The notes beneath the pieces were generated by a model. It was not told where the DNA came from, made no database searches, and worked only from the letters and a program-made list of their open reading frames with translations. A stretch of DNA of 64,000 nt from Vicugna vicugna (taxonomy: Eukaryota), in NCBI GenBank assembly GCA_013265495.1, contig MU058718.1:372001-436000 (forward strand), given 5' to 3'. This document shows, in pieces, positions 1 through 13,300 of this stretch. A program made the translations under genes and the position numbers. Position 1 is the stretch's first letter. Each line of letters opens with the position of its first letter.

Positions 1-3000
1 AAAAACAAACTACAAAGCCTTTGGATTTTATATATGAAGTTTTAATAAGTGAAAATTTATTCAGATCATTTTATTTGAACTCACATCCAAGAGACATTCA
101 ACTTCAAGGATTAGAAATAGAAATGGAAACACTCCTTTTTGGGTAAAGGGTGGATCATACAAGTGGGACTGGTAAGAGTACTAATAGCTTTATGAAGTTA
201 CTACTTAAAACTCTGTATATTCAAGTATATATCAAGTTCATACTTGGTTTATACAGAATTTATCCAATTCTAGCAAAGTCGGCATAATTTAAGTAAATGT
301 CCTTGAGTTTTACACTCTCAAGTCTGAAAGCTTAGATTTGATTATAACCACAGCAAAAGTGATTATCTTTACTTCCTGCAAATGTAATCAACTTTTAAAA
401 TAACTTAGGCAAACATCAATTTTACACAAACCTTATTAAGGGTAAGAGAAAATTGCAACTGTCCATCTAATTGCAGAGTCTAAACCATAAATTCAAGCTG
501 TACCGTTATCTTTATTGTCAAATCAAGTCAAGAAAGCCTATTACAGAGTAAAAGAAGTGAATGTGAATCTGCAGGATTCACTAAGGGGATACTTTGAAAA
601 CCTATCATCACATTAGTATTGTACAGAAATTATTTTCAAGTATGCTCCAAGGGTTACCTCTAAATTGAAGAATTAACCTTCGGGAAGTCAAGTGACAAAT
701 AGTATTATCTATATTTTATGTGCTAGGAAATAAAAGCAAAGAAAGATTTAGGATTGAGTAATCTATTCAAAATTAAAAAGTAAATCAAAAAGACTGGCTT
801 AAATATGAAAACAAATGTATGTATGTATATGCATGACTAGGACATTGTGCTGTACAGCAGAGATGGACACGCTGTAATTGACTACTTCACTTAAAAAAAA
901 AAAGACTGGCTTTATTTGAAACAGGATTCATGTGCCTTAAGTCCCTTTCCACTGGGTTTATATATCCATTAGTCTACATTTCTACTTAGAAGCCAAACCA
1001 TTTCCAAAATTTCTATTTTGTGTCCATTTCTTAATGTATTAGGATAGTATAGACAGACTTGTCGTGTTGCTCATTTCTAATAGGCCATTGAAAAAGAAAA
1101 ATCCCTTGTGCTTTCTGCTCTTTAGAAATAAAAATGAATATAAAATTATGTTAAAACTAAGTTTTTTTCCAAAGTAGAAACAATAAGCTGCTTGACTTAA
1201 AATCCTTTATTCATTTGGGCATTAAATTACCTAACACACAATCTATTTTACATCGAAAGTTTCCCTTGTGTTGTCTCCAGGAATGTTACATAACTAAATC
1301 TTCTTCCTGTGAAATTTGCTCTACTAAAATCAATATATAACCTATTTGACTCTGGTTATAGCTAAAAGTGACAAAAAAGATTTTTAACAAAAACTATAAA
1401 TGTGTTTTATAAGAGTTAGGTCTCAAGGTTTTTGTTTCATAGGAAGGAAGCTCTCTATTACATGGATCTATAAAATGATCCAAACTTCAGAGACAGGAAG
1501 CTGATAACTTGATTTATCTTCTTAATGGCTTTGGCTCATGAATAAGTGATAATGGTTTGTGTTTTTCTTATAAAAAGAAATGGAATTTGTATAATGATGA
1601 GTCCTATTTGCCACATTCGCTTTTTTTTTAAAAGGATTTCTAATTACTTAGACATTCTTTATATTATTTATAATAAGACATCAAAACTTTAACTGAAAGC
1701 CATTTTTTGACCACAGTTTGCCATTAGCTGAAATTCAGGAAAGAACACAGGTCTGATCACCAAATCAATAAATCTAGCCGCAGGCTGACTAAAAGCTTCC
1801 TTTAATCTTCTTCCTATTAGGTCTTCCTTTAAATTAAACCATCCCCTCTATGAATTATTTAAGTGAATGGCATGGTTATAGAAAGATCAGATATAATTCA
1901 TAAATCATAAAAACGCTCAAAGAACCTAAAAAACTCAGCCTGTTTCAGGAATTCTAGGATGAAGCAAGATGATGTATCTTTAAAAAAAGGGGGAGCAAGG
2001 GGGGTACTCCTGAAAGCTTCATAGAGAAATACAAAAGTCAAGTTTATTTCCTGGTTAGTGCAGGATGATTCCCAAAGCGCATTTAAGTGTCTGGTCCAGA
2101 CTAGCTATTAGCGATTAAGTAGTTCCCTTTCACTGTCAAGGCTTTTCCCTGAGGTAATGCCTAAGTTCTTAATTTTAATATTTTATCTTGTTTCTTTTAA
2201 CCCCATTCTCTCTCACCAATAAACTCTACACATTTCCACCATGCTGCACGCTTTCTTAACTCTGAAATTTACACTTTTCAAACGCACAATGTCCAACTTA
2301 AGAGTTACAAAATTTATATTTAGGTATATTTATCTTTCCACATTGTTCCTCTCAAAACTTATACTCATTTTGCTTACACATAATTCCAATAATTACATTT
2401 TTACATTTTTTAATGAGTTAAGCTTCTACATACTGAATGTTCTTCCAAACGTATCCTCAAAAATCACTGAGAAAGGATTTAACCTTTCTAAATTCCAATC
2501 CCTTCATGCTTTAAAAAATTAACTAACTTATTATTACTCTTCTTTTTCCTTCATGGTAAACAATTCCCTTCTCAAATCTTATAAGTCTACTTTCCAGATT
2601 TCTTTTCAATGTTACAAATAGCAAAGGAAAAATACAAACTGTTTCAGAGTAAATCAGTCTCTTCCCTGCTTTCATTTATTAGATCATTTACTTCAAGGCT
2701 GTATAAATGGCAGTATTTTGAAAATGTTAACACCTATCAATACCTTGAAGTTGAAAACATTAGAAAGCCAGAGAAAATATATCACAAGCAACCAGTTTGA
2801 ATATCATGAAAAGCTACTTAGATCTTGATTTTTATATAAATACTAATTTTTACCATTATAAAAGACAACATAATTTTATTTCATTTTTCTTTATAAAATT
2901 ACCATTTAACAGAATATTTGGTAGCTAGTCATCCTTTGTTTTTCTGTACTGATAAAAAGTTATTTTTAAAAGAAAAACATTTAAAACAATATTGTTTCAT

Positions 3001-4963
3001 AGAAACAGAAAGTCTCAATATCAAATTCTGATAAAAAACTATAATCATGGGTAGAGTCTTACCATACTATTAATTTTCTTTCACTAAAGATGGATATTTA
3101 GGAAGTGTTATACTGGCAAATAAGATAAGCTTCTCAGTGATCTACAAAAGTGCCACAATAAAGATGAGGTAGTATGAGACTTCCCCACTTTTGTAAAAGG
3201 GAAATACCATCTTTAGAAGAGGTATTTATTCTGACACTGGTGTTGATATCCTGAGCCTCATCCGTGCTAAGAGAGGTGCCATTTTAGTAGCCAGCCCTCA
3301 CTAGAACCAAGACAATCTCGAGATCACTGAGAAAAAAGAAATGCTAGAGGATAATGGTAGTAGATTGTTTAATATTGTGATAACTGCTGAAAATTTATTT
3401 AAGCAATTATTTTAAAATGCCACCTTTATGTTAACAGCAGAACTGGAAAGGGAAATGCTACTTCACCATAAAAGCAATGATACTGAAGAAACACCTAACT
3501 TGGAAATTTGAGTAAAATTTGTTTCAATCCAAGTAGATGCTGCTTTCTACCAGAGCTAAGCTAGCATCAAGAAATCGATTACTGTGATACTAAAAATGCT
3601 AATTTGTACAGAGGGGTTGACAACTCACCAGAAGAAACAACTGTCTAGATCTTAGTATTCATTGATTCTTTCAAAAAGAGTTGGATAGGCGATCACTCCA
3701 TCTATTTTACTACGTTGGGATCATGATGTTTCTAAAAATGCTTCCCTGTTCTTGAGATAGTAAATTTAAAATATTATGCCTGGTGCCCAGTATTGTTCAG
3801 TATGGCATAAGCCCTGTAACTCTCAAAATGTTTTCTGTTTTTTAAAGCCATAATAGATTTATTAATTCTGAAAATAGGAATAATTATTTGAAACCTGAAG
3901 ATTAAAACAATATTAAGCCCCCTGAATACTGAGCTCCATGTTTACTTCTTGAATTTTTATTCAAGCTCAATTTAAAATAATGAAAAACTACTTAGATCTC
4001 TTCGGTTACCAATGGAAATTTGTGCCTGTTTATAAGCTGTGGCATTTCTCCAAAGTAAAAAGCTCAGAGTTTCTATAAAAGGGCTATGCAGAAGCAAAGT
4101 TCGTAAGTAAATACAGAAAAACCCCAGTTGCTTTCTTACTTTAGTAACTACTAGTTATTAATAGTATTATCATTATTTTTAAAGCTTCCAGTGAGAAAGG
4201 AATAATACTTAGGTTCTGAAGATGGCAACTCTTCCAGGTTGAGAGAAAGATCTATTCAAAGAATAACAAATGACCATGCCACATTATAGAAGAATAAATT
4301 CACCTCCGAAATATGTCCTCAGTTGATTCTTACTGAGGAGATTAATCAAATTTAGTAATCTTATTTTACTTAAAGTGAAAACACATCAAGTTTGATTTAA
4401 GTCATTTTGTTAACCTTTAACATCCCTATTAGTAAATTATAAAAAACCCATCAATTACATTAGTGTGGATTGTAAATTACAATACACTCAGCTTTACTGA
4501 AGAATTTTAAAACAACTCTAAAAAGGGATGGGGAAACTATTTTATGTGTAGGAGTGTCAATGGCATAGGTTAACAAAGCATTTTGTATGTAGAAAAGGAC
4601 AAAGGATTATTTTTAAAGAAAAGTATGAAATACAGATTATTTGTGTTTGCAATGCCTACCAAATTTCAAATATCCCTGAATCATATGCAAATTAGTTAAG
4701 AAAAGGAAAAAATTAAGTATACAATCTACATGATAAAATCAAAAACCAAACACCTGGGCAAAAGTATCCATTAACTCCTAGTGTGTAACCTTAAACATTA
4801 CTGTATCCTAAGAAAAATAAACTGATCTGAAAGTAAAATTTAGGGCAGAGGTTTATTTTACACTTCAACTGCCCTTGTAGAAAAATTCAAAGTGGCATAA
4901 TAAGAAAAATAAAATATTAAATGAAAATATGCATACAATCATTCTCATGTTCCAACCCTTTTC
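1..4963 (-). other. SOCS4: SOCS4 3'UTR / downstream region (3' end not determined)
   Basis: AT-rich, nearly repeat-free sequence downstream of the stop, with several minus-strand AATAAA (plus TTTATT) and miRNA seed matches. Confidence 0.55.
801..898 (+). mobile_element. Very short 5'-truncated L1 3' end with TSD
   Basis: TSD AAAAAGACTGGCTT at 787-800 and 899-912. The body resembles the reverse complement of the L1 end at 25820-25900. Confidence 0.8.
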
Positions 4964-6283
4964 CTAGCATTGTTGTTCTGGTGCATCAATCCTGAGTACT
5001 CTAACTTTTGATTTATAGTGATATTCTTTCAGATACAATTTCATGGAAGAAGGAATTGGAAGGGCATCAATGCCATCATAAGTTGTACAGTTACAAATAA
5101 CCGTTCTGCATATATGCTGCAGGGAAAAGGGGAAAGTCCGAATTAAAGGAGTGGATAAAAGTGGTTCGAAGAACATACAGGCACTCGGGTCCTTATAATG
5201 TTCTAGGAGTCCAGTAATGTCAGGAGAATGGAAGACACAAGGATCATGTGCATCAAAGCTAAAGTTGTGATTCCACTGTTCAATTCTAGCATGAAGAGAA
5301 CGACTATAGCGTCTAAAACTAACAGAGAATAAATAGTCTTCCTGTGCTGAGTCTCGAAGTAAAAAGGTGCCCTCTGGTTTTCCTTCTAGTAGAGCTTCAG
5401 CTGCATATTTATCCATAACGCCCCAGTAACATGGATTGTTATTGATCTGAAGGAGGTCTGGTACAAGACAGTGGACATAATCAATCTGGGTATGGTACTT
5501 AGGTGTTTCCAGCTGCAGGATTTCTTCATCAATTTCCCATTTGGGTTTGTTTCTTTTCCTGGAACTTGTGCAAAGTGTTATAATTTCATCATCTGAATCC
5601 ATATCACTATCTTCTACACTGTTACTTGAAGCCAGGTTCATCATAGAGTCAGCCCTAGGACCACCTCTACCTGAAGCATTGTTAGTGGTTATGACACAGG
5701 GCTGAACATTGGTATGTGAGAAACAGTTGACCTCTTCTTCCATGTTTCTCCGTTGTTTCAGCTGGCCATCCGTCAATTCACTCTGAGACAGGTCTGTGCT
5801 TACCCATTCATCTGATTTGGGACTTATAGGAGCAGTGTGTCGTTTAATAAAATGCCACCTAAAGGCTAAATCTGATCGAGGTGGGAAAGGACATTTATCC
5901 AACATGAGTTCACTGATATGAATTTTTCTTTTAGACGGAAGCCCTGAAGAATGCCGACTACTGCAATTCTTTATTGGAAAACACTGCCCCACGGCATCTT
6001 GCAGTTTCTGTTTAAGAGATCGGCCTAAAAATCTATGCCCACAGGAGTGATCTAAGTCCAACTCGATAGATGAACAGCTGTGCTTCCTTTCTTGGCTCCT
6101 TAAAGGAACTTCAGTTTTCTCTACAGCATTCACTGTTTCAGCATCTGAACAACTTTCACTCTTTTTCGACCAAGATAACTTCTTTCCACTCCACACATAA
6201 CCATCCTTTCTATCTGCGCTTCGACTCCGACTAGTTTTGGGCCTTACATCTACATTCTTACTACTTTCACTATTTTCTGCCAT
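4964..6283 (-). CDS. SOCS4: Suppressor of cytokine signaling 4 (439 aa; N-terminal region, SH2 domain, SOCS box), intronless CDS
   Basis: ORF track protein shows an SH2 domain (YWGVMDKYAAEALL...GTFLLRDS) and a C-terminal SOCS box (FSLQHICRTVI...LPIPSSMKLYL). The sequence matches SOCS4 as recalled, and the head-to-head arrangement with WDHD1 matches known mammalian synteny. Confidence 0.98.
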   Translation of the reverse strand: MAENSESSKNVDVRPKTSRSRSADRKDGYVWSGKKLSWSKKSESCSDAETVNAVEKTEVPLRSQERKHSCSSIELDLDHSCGHRFLGRSLKQKLQDAVGQCFPIKNCSSRHSSGLPSKRKIHISELMLDKCPFPPRSDLAFRWHFIKRHTAPISPKSDEWVSTDLSQSELTDGQLKQRRNMEEEVNCFSHTNVQPCVITTNNASGRGGPRADSMMNLASSNSVEDSDMDSDDEIITLCTSSRKRNKPKWEIDEEILQLETPKYHTQIDYVHCLVPDLLQINNNPCYWGVMDKYAAEALLEGKPEGTFLLRDSAQEDYLFSVSFRRYSRSLHARIEQWNHNFSFDAHDPCVFHSPDITGLLEHYKDPSACMFFEPLLSTPLIRTFPFSLQHICRTVICNCTTYDGIDALPIPSSMKLYLKEYHYKSKVRVLRIDAPEQQC

Positions 6284-6375
6284 TTTAACAAATTATCCAC
6301 AAATTCCACTGTTATAAATACTGCTTTTTCAGTTTTTCCGGCAGGAAGTCTCTTCTGGGCACTTTCTGGATGTAT
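6284..6375 (-). other. SOCS4: 5'UTR portion of SOCS4 terminal (coding) exon
   Basis: Minus-strand acceptor ...tttttttccttag|ATACATCC (AG at 6377-6376), 92 nt upstream of the ATG. Confidence 0.85.
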
Positions 6376-8279
6376 CTAAGGAAAAAAATTAATCATTTGT
6401 CATTAACATTGTATAGTTTATATATTAAGCATCAATTAGATATAAGATGAAAATATGAAAAAGGATAATTAGTAAATTAAAAGAAGTACTAGAAATGTTG
6501 GAAGGCAGTTCCAAGATCTTTTGTTACCATTTTAATAAACTGTGTTACCATATACTAATAATTTCATAGTGCCATGGAGTTAAGAATCCCGAGTTCCCTT
6601 CCCACAGCTAATTTTCAAGAGCCCAGCCTCCTCTCTGAGCCAAAATGTATGTCTGAAATGTGAAAAATTTCTGGTTTTGAGGTACATCTTGCCAATCTCT
6701 CCTCCTATTACTTTTTAAATTTCATAGCAGACCAGGGAATTATTTGTAAGATAGTGAGAAACTGGTGAGCTGGTGTTTGAGGACCATTACCCTGTATAGT
6801 TTCTTCACTTCTCTTCTTGTTCTCTTTCCTATTGATTGAAAATATGAAGTTTTAAATTATAAAAGCTGTTAAGAATTTATTAAATAAATAATCACCACTG
6901 AACAGCAGAAATGTCGTGCAGAATTCCCAATGCTATTTTGTCAATTTGTTTTAAAAACTGGTCAACTTCAGTATTGGTCTAGGCAGTTTTTACAAAATTC
7001 GGAATTAGATAAAAATTTAGTACTACACACACTTCCTTGTATTCTTCTTGATAATTATGAAAAACAAGCAGATAAAATTGCCCTATAGGGCAATGCCTTT
7101 CCTATAAAATTGGCTGGATATATTAGAATTATAATGCAAAATACTGAGTTTTATTAAGACTAATAGTAATGATTGGTCAAAGATGGAAACTACTTACCTA
7201 TTCTTAGGTGGAATAAGATTTAAGCCCAGAATTGGGGGGATGGATTCAATAATCTCTATTTCACAAGTGAAAATTGAATTTCGTGACTGAGAAAATCAGT
7301 TGCACTCCCATTCTAACAATGATTAAGCTTCTTATTATGTCAGAGGAGCATTAACAATCTGAACAGCCAAATAAATGTTTAGATCCAATTTCAAAGCAGT
7401 AGGGTTTGAAACAAGTATCTGCAGTGGAAAACATGATTGGGAAGTACTTTAAAGTGTGAATTAATGATAAAGGCTTGCCACATAAGTACCCCTTTTCTAA
7501 ACACTGAATAGCACCTGGCGATTATACTTATTTTGATTTAGTCAGCTCACTGGTACATAATCATTTAAAATCCACAGAGAAAAATATTTTTAAATCTAAT
7601 TTGTAAGAAACATCATCACTTAGTACACCAAAATTATATTCAATAGTATGTTTTGGCTGTTTGTTGAGTAAATTCCACTGAACAAAAATAAACAGGTAGA
7701 AGCTACAAAGTAGGCTGAAGAATGAGAGTTACCAATTAGAAGAGATACTAGTTACTAAGAGCTTACACTTAGATTTTTCAAGATATAAATTAAAAATGAG
7801 CCCCAAGCAGATTTTTTTTATTAACACTATATAATTTCAACTTTTTAATTCAGCATGGTAATGTGAAAAGTATATCATCTAAGGATCGAGATGCTTGGTA
7901 ATTTACTTACTTTACAAATATCAAAATAGCAGTTGACTAACTCTGTGATCAACTTTACTTTATGGGTATGAGCTCCCTCATCTTCCTTCATTTCGATATC
8001 AGAGCTAAGCTCCCTACCTCTGCTCTTGATGACATTGCACCTTTACCAGGGCCTGCTTCTATTTCTCTCTCTTAACTTCTCTCTACTTTCAAAAACAACT
8101 GAATCTCCTATAAACTTTTAGTGATTCTAATGCTTCCTTTAGTTATAACTGCTGCCTTCCATATTAAATTTCTTAATGAGTAGTATAACTTGATTTCCCC
8201 TCAAAATGAAAAAAAAATTTTTTTTGAGTATAAAAGAAAGAACGATCTGGTTTTAAAATGGTTAAGTGAAAACCTTTTG

Positions 8280-10320
8280 GCTCCATCCTCCTCTCAGACG
8301 TCAGTTCTCTCAGAAGGGAAAATGAGAAATAAAAATACAAACCTCATCTTCAGTGAAACTAGCAGATTATCTATAACATGAGTCACAAACTACAAGGACA
8401 GAAAATGAACAGAGTAGCAACGACTGACTCAGCAGTGGAGAGGTGGGTGACACCAGGCACAGAGGCAACATGGATGAGAAGCAAGCCAACAGAGCAGGCA
8501 AAGTCCAGGACCCAGAGGAACCAGGTGCTATAGAAAATATGGATGGAGAACAGGGCAGAAAATGGGAGGCAGTTTGAAAATTTGTTTAAATGCAGTTGGA
8601 CCTCTCTGGTTACTTCTACACTTAGAAGAGATGGGATATTTATTATTTGGAGAAACTGAACCAGAGAGGCTCACGACTTTGGATGCCAGACACAGTGAGG
8701 ATAGGGGGCAGGCTTTGGGACTAAAATCAGAAGGAAAGTTCCCTGCTCCCGTCTTCCCTCTAGCTTCCAGAACTCCCGCAGCCAGACTTATACCTCCTAA
8801 TAGGATACTGGAAGGTGCTCTTTTGGAGAAATAGAACAGCCAGAGAGAGAAGATCTACGGATGCTGATAACTAGATATCCTTCAATAAAAAGCTGGAGGG
8901 CTACCCAAGCATGCTGTGAAGCTCATCCATCCACAAGCCCTGCCTGCTCACATACAGCTTTTAGGCAGCACTGTTGTGCTTCATTCACTCTAGAATATGA
9001 CAGGTCACCAGACTTTGGAGGAAAGCCTCTAGCATAAACAACAGTGACTAAAACATAAAGAACTTGGAGAAAACAGTAACCATGAAAGCAACAGGAAATA
9101 AAATAGATTTCTTCCAAGTCAAGAGAAGATATACCAATGAATGAGTAAGACAAGGTGGGGACAATCAGAGAATAAGAAAATTTTGGAAATTAAAATCATG
9201 ACTGCAGAAATAAAGTATTTAATAAGAAAGTTAGAGGATAAGTTGAGGAAATAATAAAAAAGAGGAAAAAATGGTTAACTAGAAAGAGAAGATAAGAAAA
9301 TTAGAGTATCAATACAGACATTTCACAGAAAATAACAACAAAATAAAGGGGAGAAATTATAAAAGAAAGTGTATTAGAAAATTTCCCAGAACTGAAGGAT
9401 AAGAGCCTCCATATAAAAGGAACACAATGAGTGCCCAGCATGAGGGAAAATACACACCAAGTTACGTTATTCTAAAACTTTAGAACCCTAGAGATAAAAA
9501 GGAGATACCAAAGTCTTCCTGTCTTATAGGCAATGACACTGCATTGCATGCCTATAAATTTGTTAAGAGGGTGGATTTCATGTTAAGTGCTCTTACAATC
9601 AATGTATATGACCAAGCTGAGAAAGAGAGAGAAAGTAAGAAAGAAAGACTTCCTGAGGGAAAAAAGTCACAAAGGATTATATATAAAATACCATCTGTTT
9701 TCTCAAGAGTAAGTAACATTGGAAGCTAGAGGACAGCTTCCAACCTTGAAGAGATACCCAGCCAAACTACCAATGAAATAGGATAAAATAAAGAAATTTT
9801 CCGAAGTGCAAAGTATCAACAATTTTACCTCATACAGGAGGATGTGCTCTTCAAAAATTATGGTGTAAACCCAAAACAAGGGACATGACATAGGAAACAC
9901 GATATTTAACATAAGAGAGGAAATGTGAGTCCCTGGGATAATTAAGAAAGGACACCTCCAGAAAACAGGGTATCTGGAGCTGCTGGAGAGCAACCAGTCC
10001 ATACAACCACACAAGGACATAAGGCTCTTTGTGTAATAAGAGAATGGAAAGAGAGGAGGGAGACTAAAAAATAGGTAAATCCTCATCTATCATAACAGGA
10101 ACACAACCATTTCTACTGATGCACCAAGAAAAAGAAGTATAAGCAAATGATTTAGAAATATGAAGGTAAATATCGGAAAAAAGTTTAAAAATTTGGAAGT
10201 AGATGCCTTTGGAATGGGTAGGAAAGGACTGCACGATTTCTTAGCTCATCTAAGTTTTTCAGCTTAATTTAATTTTAACCTAGGTATGTATATCATTTTA
10301 ATAGACATAAATAAAAATAG
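8280..10320 (+). mobile_element. Ancient, degraded L1 (L1M-type 5'/ORF1-region remnant)
   Basis: A-rich plus strand with L1 ORF1-region-like phrases (gaaaatttcccagaactgaag; tacccagccaaactac). Boundaries approximate. Confidence 0.55.
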
Positions 10321-10469
10321 TACTTCATATTCACCATGAAAAATTCAAACTTAAAAGCTATGAAGAAAAAAGTAAAACTCTTCCACAATCCTACCACCTG
10401 GAACTAACTATTTAAACATTTTCAATATCTCTATACATGTATATGACAAGGATGGAATTCCACAGCACA

Positions 10470-10670
10470 ATGATGGCAGGCATTAGAAATACAGTTTGAG
10501 TCCAGTTTATTTTGTACTAGCCACATGACCCTGAAACCTCAGTTTCTTCATCCGTAAAATGGAGATACTGATGCTATCTATTTTATTGGGCTGTTGGGGA
10601 TTAAATGAAATAATATATGTAAAATAAGCAGCTCAGATCCTAAATATAGCAAGTATACAATAAATGTTAA
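10470..10670 (+). mobile_element. MIR SINE
   Basis: MIR core cctcagtttcttcatccgtaaaatggagat...ggattaaatgaaataat. Confidence 0.75.
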
Positions 10671-12174
10671 CATATTTTTTCATTTCTGAAAAAGGAACAG
10701 ATATTACATGTTGTTTTATTAAAGTACCTAAGCCAATTTTATAGAGTTCATAATTAAAGAAATCACAGAAATACCTGTCTCTAGCTCAATGCTAACTACA
10801 AAATTTATGAGCAAATATAATTTTCAGGATGATAACTAATGTTTCAAAGTAAAAAGGATCAATATGTCAAGTATAGCCAAAACTCAACAGACCATGAAGC
10901 TATAAAACAATTTGACATTTTCCCCCAGAGAACTAATTTCCAGCCTTACGCTATACAAGTTTACATGCTAATATAACAGGTTTATATTTGGCAAGGCTTG
11001 CCAACTTGTATATAATAGGTACTAATCAATCAAGTATCTGTGGATTTTAGGTTAACCGGTTTTATATGTGCTAATGCTATAAGTGTCCATAAAATAAAAA
11101 ATACCATTGCCTTAGATGACTTTTCCATACATTTACCTACACTTAAAAAGTTAGTAAATAGAGTATCTTCTTCTGACAATTTTTTAAAATCTAAGACTAA
11201 TAACCTTATATAAATTTCACATAGCTATTCTTTTGCTAGAAAACTGAGTTTATGCTTCCACTTTTATAAACTGTTATGGCAAAAATATATTTGGTAAAAT
11301 ATATCATATCAATATACGGACCAAAATGTCACTTAATGCTGCAATCTTCAAAGTAGGAAGAAAATTTAACTTCTATTTATATCTGTCTAAAAATTAAAAT
11401 TTATTAATATTGAATATATGGCAGGCAATACTTCCAATCATTGTCATATGATTACTTGTGTGTGATGCAGTGCTATTCTTGAGGCAAGAGTGGGAGCTCC
11501 AAAAAGCTGAAGACTTGCTGGCAGCCCTCTCAATTTCTCTGTTCATTTTCACTGCACTGCTTCCCCACTGTTGGAATAGATTTGTGGATTACATATCTTA
11601 AATAAGAGAATCCTTACAATACTTGGTAAACAGAAATCATAGAAATCTTATAACACACAAAGTTTGGTAGTTATCTCAGAGCAAAGTACTTAAGTTGTTG
11701 AAATTAAGACAAGTTATGCATTTTTTTCTTACAAAATTACAAATTTGATGCAGTTTACTGGGATAATAATTGGCTCTGAGAAGCTACTTCGGAATATTAA
11801 GAAAGAAAGGCAAAACAAACATTTAACTGGTCTCTTCCTGGTTTAGATAACATCTTAATTACTAAGAAAGTAACCACTTTAAAAAAAACTTTTGCTATGG
11901 AGTGATCCTTTTAGAAAAAAGACATTCAGAATTTCCTTCACTATCACATCATTTTGTTACAAAAATGATAAAAATGCATCAAGTATATAAATTCTCACAT
12001 CTTTGCACTTAAACACATGGAAAAAGATTTTCTAATCTCTTCCAAAAGTTTCATTAAACCAAAATTCATAAAATTAAAAAATTCAATAATATTGGTTTCA
12101 ATAAAAACATTAATTTTTAGTGAGAAAGTTTTAATTTTTTTTATTTTTAAAGACTAAAGATGAGTTTAAAAAAA

Positions 12175-12256
12175 GTGCTCAGTGGTAAAGCAAATGCTCA
12201 GCATGCACATGGTTCTGGGTTCAATCCCCAGCACCTGCTTAAAGAAAGAAAAAAAA
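12175..12256 (+). mobile_element. Short tRNA-derived SINE (camelid Vic-like)
   Basis: A-box GCTCAGTGGTA, B-box GGTTCAATCCC, A-rich tail, flanking AAAAAAGTG duplication. Confidence 0.75.
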
Positions 12257-13180
12257 GTGTTTCGGTGTCGTGCCCATACATGTAAAATCTGAATGTTAAA
12301 AAAAAAAGTGTAGGGTTCTGAATTTGAATGAGTCCTTTCAAATACTCTATCATTAATTGTTGAAATTGTATACAAACTGAAATGAGATAAATGAGACACA
12401 AAATGAAAAAAACGCAGCTTTACCATCATTTTTATGTAGTATAGAAGTCAGAAATGATACTTTGAAAGGTGTTGACAAATCAAAGATCTTTGTAATTAAC
12501 AAGAAGTTTTTGTTTTGTTTTGTTTTGTTTTTTTAAAGAGGGTGAAAGAATCACTTGGGAGAAGGTTGCTTTGCTTCTTAATTCAATAATTAATTTTTTA
12601 TGAAGGAATCTAAGTTACATTGCCCTGGGGAGTACACAGTGACATTTTAAAATTATTATTTCTTAATGAGCAAGAGGCAAATGTCTAAAGCAAGTTTATA
12701 TAAAAGCTTTTTTCAAGAAAAAGAAAGCAAGTTCCCAGATTCACTAGCCATTTGATTCCAGGTCCTACCATCAACTGCAAAGACAGTAATAAAAGGATAA
12801 ATTGAATGTGACCATTCTATACTAATAACAGATTTAAATAACATTTACCTTAATTCTCTTGAATAAGGCTGGGAAGGTGATTTTAATTCAAGATTTCCAT
12901 AGAAAACAGTTTAAAAAGCCAATAATTAAAGGGCTAACCTTCATTTATCTAAACACTTCATTTGTATTCTCTATGATGTTGGATAATTGAGCATTACTAT
13001 ATGAATTATTCATTGAACTACTATGTCTTCAATGCTGATGCATATCTAAGACCAGAATTCATATAAATATTAAATTTAAAAAATTGATCGTACACAGAAT
13101 AATTTAGTACATAAAGAATGTGTAAATAAATTATTTAACCCTGGGAATTTCCTTATCAAATACATGATTCCAAAGTTTAC

Positions 13181-13300
13181 CTGCCATCATATGCCCCAAA
13201 ACTCCTTGAACACATTCTGGTCATAATCCATGATATCTGAATTGGATTCTGTGGATCATAGTCCTTAATATTGATCATAGTCTGATATTTGAGTTCAATT
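13181..13300 (-). other. SOCS4: Inferred SOCS4 leader exon 2 (120 nt)
   Basis: Minus strand: branch-like CCCTAAT, acceptor gtttccatag| at 13301, donor GGCAG|gtaaac at 13180. Unique sequence within the SOCS4 intron; length divisible by 3. Confidence 0.7.

Noticed and set aside
2241..2800. Plus-strand ORFs antisense to the SOCS4 3'UTR
   Set aside because: Short AT-rich low-complexity frames with no recognisable homology, promoter or splice support.
7190..7202. Strong minus-strand donor-like TAG|GTAAGT in the SOCS4 intron (another donor-like site near 12848)
   Set aside because: No convincing paired acceptor or pyrimidine tract found; such motifs occur by chance.
12166..12429. Recurrent 'VLGIEPRT' peptide in several ORFs (also 62200, 62901)
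   Set aside because: Antisense reading of the SINE B-box region, not a protein family.
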